From positions 3,526-67,525 of the forward strand of contig WQYG01000001.1 of the NCBI GenBank assembly GCA_009781395.1: 64,000 bases of DNA, in the 5' to 3' direction. A program made the position numbers and the translations under genes. The notes under the pieces were generated by a model. That model did not search any database. It was not told where the DNA came from and saw nothing but the letters and a program-made list of their open reading frames with translations. Positions 58,560-64,000 of this stretch are shown piece after piece. Source of the stretch: Candidatus Bathycorpusculum sp. (GTDB lineage: Archaea; Thermoproteota; Bathyarchaeia; Bathyarchaeales; Bathycorpusculaceae). Numbering within the stretch: position 1 is the stretch's first letter; every line of letters begins with the position of its first letter.

Positions 58560-58894
58560 AAAATTTCATCCTTTATTTTTTTACACTATTTTGTGTGTCT
58601 GTATATTGTTACCAGATGTTTATATTAGTTTCTTAAAATCACCCTTCTATAGACATACATTTAAATACAGCGTAATACTTGTAGAGCCAAATTCTAAAAA
58701 AACACATCTTATAAAAACCAAAAAACTATCTAAACCAAACTATAAAGAAAACAAAATCTCACAGCCACAAACCCTACGAACACACACCACCAAAAACACA
58801 ACTACTTAAAACAGAACCCTCACAACCCCCTCTTCTAAAAACTTTAGAGATAAATTACTGATTCAATCAGCAGTATATGGGAGACTATAAAGCC

Positions 58895-59000
58895 AAATTT
58901 GGAGGTTTTGGTGTGGTGTGTCAGCTTTTTTGGGCTGGCAAAGACCACGTTAACTCACAGATTATTTTTAGTTGAATGTGCTGGTGGGGGTGTGGGTGTG
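58895..59000 (+). repeat. About 105-bp repeat copy B containing a conserved hairpin
   Basis: See copy A; inner stem differs with pairing retained. Confidence 0.75.
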
Positions 59001-59003
59001 TTT

Positions 59004-59315
59004 TTATTTTCGTGTGGGTGGGTTTTCTTTGTAGTATGCGCCTGCTAGAAATATTAGGGTTAGGATGTAGGGTTCTAGGTGGTTGATTGTGTGTTTTGCT
59101 TGTTTGATGTTTTTTGTTACGTTTTTTAGTATGTCTGTGTTGGTTTCGTGGTCGTAAAAGTCTTTTTCTATGTTGTTTAGGTGTTCGAGGATTAGGTTTT
59201 TTATTTTTTCGTCGCTGTCGGCTAGTTCGTTTATGCCTTCGCTTATTTGTAGGGCTTCTACTGTTGGGTTGTAGACGGTTGTTGCTTGGGTGTTTTCGGG
59301 TTTGAGTTTGAACAT
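59004..59315 (-). CDS. Hypothetical helical protein (probably proviral)
   Basis: 103-aa ORF, divergent from the packaging operon. Confidence 0.5.
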   Translation of the reverse strand: MFKLKPENTQATTVYNPTVEALQISEGINELADSDEKIKNLILEHLNNIEKDFYDHETNTDILKNVTKNIKQAKHTINHLEPYILTLIFLAGAYYKENPPTRK

Positions 59316-59540
59316 TTGGTTTATCCCTTGTAATGTTGTTTGTGGTTGAGGTATTTTTGTGTTTGTTTGTTGTTATTGCAAGTTTTTCAGGGGAAGTTGT
59401 GGTGTTTCTTGTGGAAAACTTTTAAATACCCCTGGCGCCCTCAACTATTTTGTAATATTATTACGTTTCAGGTTTCCTCATTCCGCGCCTAAACCTATGG
59501 TTTATCCCCTGCGGGGGACGTATGGAGTGTCATACTATTT

Positions 59541-59915
59541 ATGCCCCACCACCATTCTTTAAAACAATACACCCTATATCTACAACGTAGAGAGTCTGCA
59601 AAAAAATATGCACTATCCCTACTTAGTGATCTTGCACTATATGATTTAGAAGAACACGAACAAATAAACACCCTGCTGCAACCAACTGATTTCTCCAACG
59701 CCTTAACAAATCAGTACCCAAACGTAGACGCAGACACAATACTACCCGAGTTGCCCCCTGATTCTTTAGAAAAAGGCTTAGTCTTAAAAGACCGCTACGG
59801 CAGAGGCGCCCTGCAGCAAGACGACAAACCCAACAAAACCTTAACCGTAGATCAATGGCGCGAACAATTTCGCCTACAACTCTATCAAACCACTAAACGA
59901 GGGGTAACCATGTGA
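59541..59915 (+). CDS. Hypothetical proviral protein
   Basis: 124-aa ORF with ATGTGA overlap with the next gene. Confidence 0.6.
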   Translation: MPHHHSLKQYTLYLQRRESAKKYALSLLSDLALYDLEEHEQINTLLQPTDFSNALTNQYPNVDADTILPELPPDSLEKGLVLKDRYGRGALQQDDKPNKTLTVDQWREQFRLQLYQTTKRGVTM

Positions 59916-60211
59916 CAGAAAAAGCCGCCGTCATGAGTCAAGACGACTCTTTACTCTCACGCATAAACGCCATAGAAATCGCTCAACTTTTAACCTACAA
60001 AGAACACATCCAAACAAACTTACTAGACCGCATTGACAAAATCGAAAAAACCCAAACAACCCAAACCACGCAACTTGAAGAAATAAACCTGCAATTAACC
60101 AAACACATATCCGTCCAAGAATCTTTGACAAACCATTACAAGGCACTCTTAACAGGCGTCTTTGGCGTCATAGGCGGCGCAATCATCACCTACCTCCTCC
60201 AAACACTCTAG
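59912..60211 (+). CDS. Coiled-coil protein with a C-terminal TM helix (XhlA/holin-like)
   Basis: Heptad region LLDRIDKIEK followed by ALLTGVFGVIGGAIITYLL. Confidence 0.55.
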   Translation: MTEKAAVMSQDDSLLSRINAIEIAQLLTYKEHIQTNLLDRIDKIEKTQTTQTTQLEEINLQLTKHISVQESLTNHYKALLTGVFGVIGGAIITYLLQTL

Positions 60212-60221
60212 GTTTTCACAG

Positions 60222-60905
60222 GTGAACAAACAAATGTTTTCCCCCCCAAAACCTACTCAACAAACCCAACTCTTCCCCACCCAAAAAAAAGAGTTGGAAA
60301 ACACAAAAGAAACAATATTTATAGAAAACACTGTTAAACCCCGACGTCAAAGTCTTTATCGCGGTGGCGCCAAATGCTTCCGTGTCCCCTCTGTGGAACA
60401 AACTAACCTAAACGGTGGCATTGTTCCGGCAAACACAAAGCCTCTTCCCGTTAGTGTGGTTGACAAAAATAAGCCTACAGATTTTATACGCAAAGCCCGA
60501 ACTAGAGCGTTAATTAATGGTTTATTAGATTTTAAAAGTTTAAACCAAGTTGCAGTAGAATTAGGTGTTGCCCGCGTTACCTTACTACGCGACTTCCACA
60601 GGTGGGCTAAAAAACATAACATGGCGTTTGTTGAAACAGAATGGATGGAACGCTACCAAAAAATGAAAAAAACCAATGAAGTGGTATCGTTTAACGCTTT
60701 AACAAACATCTATAGACAATTAATTGCAATCCAAGCCAAAGTGAATGTTAATGTTACAAACCAAATCCTTAGCATTAACCGAGCCGCTTCAGACACTGAA
60801 CTTGCAAAACAACTTGCCATGTACCAAAAACTCGTTTACGGAACAGTTGCAACAGAAACAGTTGTTGAAGTGGAAAATTTTCGAGCTCTCAATTCTGCAC
60901 AATAA
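60222..60905 (+). CDS. Putative terminase small subunit (HTH)
   Basis: SLNQVAVELGVARVTLLRD HTH; overlaps the start of the large terminase. Confidence 0.6.
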   Translation: MNKQMFSPPKPTQQTQLFPTQKKELENTKETIFIENTVKPRRQSLYRGGAKCFRVPSVEQTNLNGGIVPANTKPLPVSVVDKNKPTDFIRKARTRALINGLLDFKSLNQVAVELGVARVTLLRDFHRWAKKHNMAFVETEWMERYQKMKKTNEVVSFNALTNIYRQLIAIQAKVNVNVTNQILSINRAASDTELAKQLAMYQKLVYGTVATETVVEVENFRALNSAQ

Positions 60906-62127
60906 GTACATCCCTTGGAAACCTACGCCTAAACAGTGCGAATTTTTGTTGCGTGATGAGCTGGAGGTTTTGTTTGGAGGTGCAGCAGGTGGGGGAAAGA
61001 CAGCCGGTACTGCTATGGCAGCCTTGCAGTATGTGGGGGAGCCTAATTATCGGGCTTTAATTCTTAGACGGCAGTTAACCGACGCCAAACTTTCAGGGGG
61101 CATCAGTGAGGTTTTGGATGATTGGTTGACTAATACGGATGCTAAAAAGGTGGGGGATGCATGGTATTTTCCCTCAGGCGCTATTGTGCAACTGGGGTAT
61201 CTAAAGTCGCCTCAGGATATGTACCGCTACGACAGTAGCAGGTTTGATGCAGAATTCTTTGAGGAATTAACCCATTTTCTTGAACTGCAGTATCGTTACA
61301 TGATTGCCCGTGTTAGGCGGGCTCGTAACAGCAACATTCCTCCAAGAGTGTGGAGCACCACAAATCCCGGGGGAAAAGGGCATCATTGGGTAAAAGCCAA
61401 ATTCATTGATCACAATCATGACCCAACCTGTAAATTTGTCCCTGCCCGTCTAAAAGACAACCCCTACATAGACCAAAAAACCTACATTTCAAGTTTAAAC
61501 AAACTTGACCCCATAACCCGAGCACAAAAACTAGACGGCAACTGGATAGTATCCTTAGCTGACTCATTGTTTAAACGTGAAAAAGTCCAAATAATTCCCC
61601 AGTTACCTCAAGGTTTAAAGTTTGTGCGGTACTGGGACAAAGCCTCAACTGTGCCGAAAAAGAATAATCAAGACCCTGACTACACGGTGGGGGTAAAGCT
61701 TGCTGAACAACAAGGCATATACTTTTTTGTTGATGTGGTGCGGGTGCGCAGAACTAGTGCGGATGTTCAGGCCTTAATTGCGCAAGTTGCGCAATTAGAT
61801 GGGGTGGCAACTAAAATTTATATGGAGCAAGAACCCGGCAGTTCAGGGGTTGATGTCATCAACTATTACGCCCGAGAAGTGTTAAAGGGGTATAGTTTTT
61901 ATGGGGTAAAAACGACGGGGTCAAAAACTGATAGGGCTGCGCCTTTGTCTGCTGCCTGGGATAATGGCAATGTTCGTTTGCTTTTAGCGTCGTGGAATAC
62001 GGAATTTCTTGATGAGTTGGAGCTTTTTCCACAGGGTGCACATGATGATCAGGTGGATGCGGCGTCAGGTGCGTTTGAGCAAATACGCATCAAAACCGCA
62101 GCCCCCCCAGTATTCAAAATACACTAA
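60862..62127 (+). CDS. Terminase large subunit
   Basis: PTPKQ, Walker A GGAAGGGKT, Walker B FFEELTHF, STTNPG, RNase H-like WDKA...DYTVG...HDDQVDA; TTG start inferred. Confidence 0.93.
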   Translation: MLKWKIFELSILHNKYIPWKPTPKQCEFLLRDELEVLFGGAAGGGKTAGTAMAALQYVGEPNYRALILRRQLTDAKLSGGISEVLDDWLTNTDAKKVGDAWYFPSGAIVQLGYLKSPQDMYRYDSSRFDAEFFEELTHFLELQYRYMIARVRRARNSNIPPRVWSTTNPGGKGHHWVKAKFIDHNHDPTCKFVPARLKDNPYIDQKTYISSLNKLDPITRAQKLDGNWIVSLADSLFKREKVQIIPQLPQGLKFVRYWDKASTVPKKNNQDPDYTVGVKLAEQQGIYFFVDVVRVRRTSADVQALIAQVAQLDGVATKIYMEQEPGSSGVDVINYYAREVLKGYSFYGVKTTGSKTDRAAPLSAAWDNGNVRLLLASWNTEFLDELELFPQGAHDDQVDAASGAFEQIRIKTAAPPVFKIH

Positions 62128-62157
62128 CAACAAAAACAATAAAAATTAAAAGTTTGG

Positions 62158-63714
62158 TTGAGGAAAAAAAGTTTGTCTGTGACTCGGTTTGGTGCAAAAG
62201 TTACTAAGGATGGGGGGTTAATTCTGCATCCTTCCTTAGCGGTAGTAGGGGATATGGGTGATGTGCGGGGTCAGGATGTTTCAGCTGACACGGATGCGGG
62301 GTTTGGGCAGCCCATATCGGATAGTGAACTCTCGTTTGCTGCTTGCCGTGAACCCGTTGCTCATTTTTTGACTTATGGGGTAGCAGCTGATGTGACTGAT
62401 AAATGGTTCTACGTTGATGACTTAGACACCAAAAACCCCGATGTCGAATTAGATAATAATGTGCAGATGGCTTTAGATGAGATAGATTTTCGCGAAGTGT
62501 TAACCGAAGCCTTAATCCAAGCTCGCATTTACCGCAAAAGCCTAATTGTCTGCGCCTTTGATGATGCCAAAGACGTTTCCGAACTAAAGCAGCCAAGAAA
62601 GGAAGGCGCCAAGCTTTTACAGTTTGAAACCTACCCTAAAACTGAGAATAGCCAAAAACTCTTTCCTTACTCTGTGGACAAAAAAGATGACGACGTCAAA
62701 AGCTTACGGTATGGTAAACCTGTACTTTACCGTATAGACCGAGGTGGGGGGAACGTGCTTTTAGTGCATTTTTCACGTTGCATTGAGGTGGATAACAAGT
62801 TTTCTGTTTTAGCGCCCATCTTTGATGATTTAGTCTGTGGACGCAATATACGTTGGGGAGCTGCTCAGTGGCTCTACCGCACAGGTGGTGGTTTTCCTGT
62901 TTTGGGTTTTCCACGGGGGACTCCCTTGGAAGATTTGGAAAAGTATTGTGCCTCAGGGGCTTTTAACGATTTGATGAATCGTAGTTACATTACTTTAGCG
63001 CAGAACAGTAAAGACGAAAACGACGGCATGACCATAGATTTTAAAGGCGCCGCCAACACCACCCTAAACCCTGTCCCCTTCCTAAAAAGTAACATTGAAC
63101 AAATCAGCATCGCAACCGGTATCCCTCAAGCAAAACTTGTAGGTGCCCAAGCAGGCGCCCTAACAGGCAGCAACGTAAACATGCAAGACTACTTTAAAGT
63201 CATAAGCCGCATACAAAACGGTCTGCCCACAAAAATTGCTAAACAAGTAATCCTCTGGCTAGCTGAGAGCGGCCAAATCACCCGCCTAAAAACCATAGCT
63301 CAAACAGATAGTTTAACCAGGCAGTTTATTAAAAAATTCCACAGAGGCGACTATCGTAAAAAAATTGTGCAACACTTTGCCATAGTTTGGAACAGTGCTT
63401 TTGAGCATTCAGAAATAGATAAAGCAAAAATTGAACTCGACAACGTCCGCAGCAACCAAGGAAAACTAGACTATATGACTATAGACGAAGTTCGAGCAAG
63501 CGAAGACCTAGACCCCTTGCCAAATAAAGAAGGCGAAAAACTAAAACGTTCAAGTTTAAACGAACTCTTCACTACCCCACCTTCTTCCTCAAACACCAAA
63601 GAAAACAGTAGTACACCTGAGCAGCAGTTGCAACAAGCCGACAAATTCCTACTAGTCGACTTAACCCCCAAACCCCCTCAACCACCAGCTTTTCACTCCG
63701 ACGATGCAACTTAG
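62158..63714 (+). CDS. Phage portal protein (DUF1073/HI1409-like)
   Basis: Follows terminase; RYGKPVLYRI, ISIATGIPQAKLVGAQAGALTGS, DYMTIDEVR. Confidence 0.85.
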   Translation: MRKKSLSVTRFGAKVTKDGGLILHPSLAVVGDMGDVRGQDVSADTDAGFGQPISDSELSFAACREPVAHFLTYGVAADVTDKWFYVDDLDTKNPDVELDNNVQMALDEIDFREVLTEALIQARIYRKSLIVCAFDDAKDVSELKQPRKEGAKLLQFETYPKTENSQKLFPYSVDKKDDDVKSLRYGKPVLYRIDRGGGNVLLVHFSRCIEVDNKFSVLAPIFDDLVCGRNIRWGAAQWLYRTGGGFPVLGFPRGTPLEDLEKYCASGAFNDLMNRSYITLAQNSKDENDGMTIDFKGAANTTLNPVPFLKSNIEQISIATGIPQAKLVGAQAGALTGSNVNMQDYFKVISRIQNGLPTKIAKQVILWLAESGQITRLKTIAQTDSLTRQFIKKFHRGDYRKKIVQHFAIVWNSAFEHSEIDKAKIELDNVRSNQGKLDYMTIDEVRASEDLDPLPNKEGEKLKRSSLNELFTTPPSSSNTKENSSTPEQQLQQADKFLLVDLTPKPPQPPAFHSDDAT

Positions 63715-63991
63715 CAGCCTAATTGGCGCCATACGCTTAATCCAAATGGGGGATAAGCGTTGGATTCCACAGCAGTTGCGCGGGTATAGTTTTTTTAGTA
63801 AACTTGATGAGTGGGGTTTTCAGTCAAGTGAACACCAAAACATGTGCATTACATGTGAGGACTTTAATGGCCAAGTTTTTGCAGGCGATGAACTACGCCG
63901 CACTTTTCCCTATTTAACTGTGGAATCTAAAAACACAATTTCCCCCAATGTGCATCCCAACTGCAAATGCACCCTACAAAGAGAAAATTAA
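63704..63991 (+). CDS. Short head-morphogenesis (Mu gpF/SPP1 gp7-like) motif protein
   Basis: CITC...NGQVF...VHPNCKC (HxNCRC-type motif), overlapping the portal stop. Confidence 0.7.
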   Translation: MQLSSLIGAIRLIQMGDKRWIPQQLRGYSFFSKLDEWGFQSSEHQNMCITCEDFNGQVFAGDELRRTFPYLTVESKNTISPNVHPNCKCTLQREN

Positions 63992-64000
63992 ATGTACGTA

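Larger units (their letters stand above)
59004..64000 (+). mobile_element. Provirus (head-tail, Caudoviricetes-type) packaging/head module; left boundary uncertain, continues past the window
   Basis: Consecutive, tightly spaced terminase, portal and head-morphogenesis genes preceded by small unknown ORFs. Confidence 0.85.

Noticed and set aside
1-64000. CRISPR array, rRNA, reverse transcriptase/DGR, intact transposase
   Set aside because: No regularly spaced repeat-spacer array, no rRNA-like sequence, no RT motifs and no DDE or HUH transposase ORF were recognised.

Overview
Archaeal chromosome segment. The gene set (Elp3, proteasome alpha, Tsr3, Rio1/Dim2, aEF-2, Nip7, Cren7-like protein, histone remnant) and the many kelch, beta-propeller and beta-helix surface proteins suggest a Bathyarchaeia-like, possibly host-associated lineage; this assignment is inference. 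Housekeeping genes and three CCA-encoding tRNAs (Gly-GCC, Ser-GCT, Val-GAC) are interspersed with accessory DNA: a decayed island behind tRNA-Gly, a NikR-like regulator facing a Zn/Mn ABC transporter, an hcp-ferredoxin-Crp/Fnr cluster, about ten secreted or anchored surface proteins, several pseudogenes, and the start of a head-tail provirus packaging module (terminase, portal, head morphogenesis) running off the right edge. The most unusual signals are non-coding or compositional: a sawtooth G+T/A+C strand skew that resets every few kb regardless of gene orientation, six exact copies of a 16-bp motif (some as inverted pairs), two small GGG...CCC MITEs with TAA/TTA duplications (one removable to restore an integrase frame), and a duplicated covarying hairpin. 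Family calls come from motifs recognised by eye; no database searches were run.
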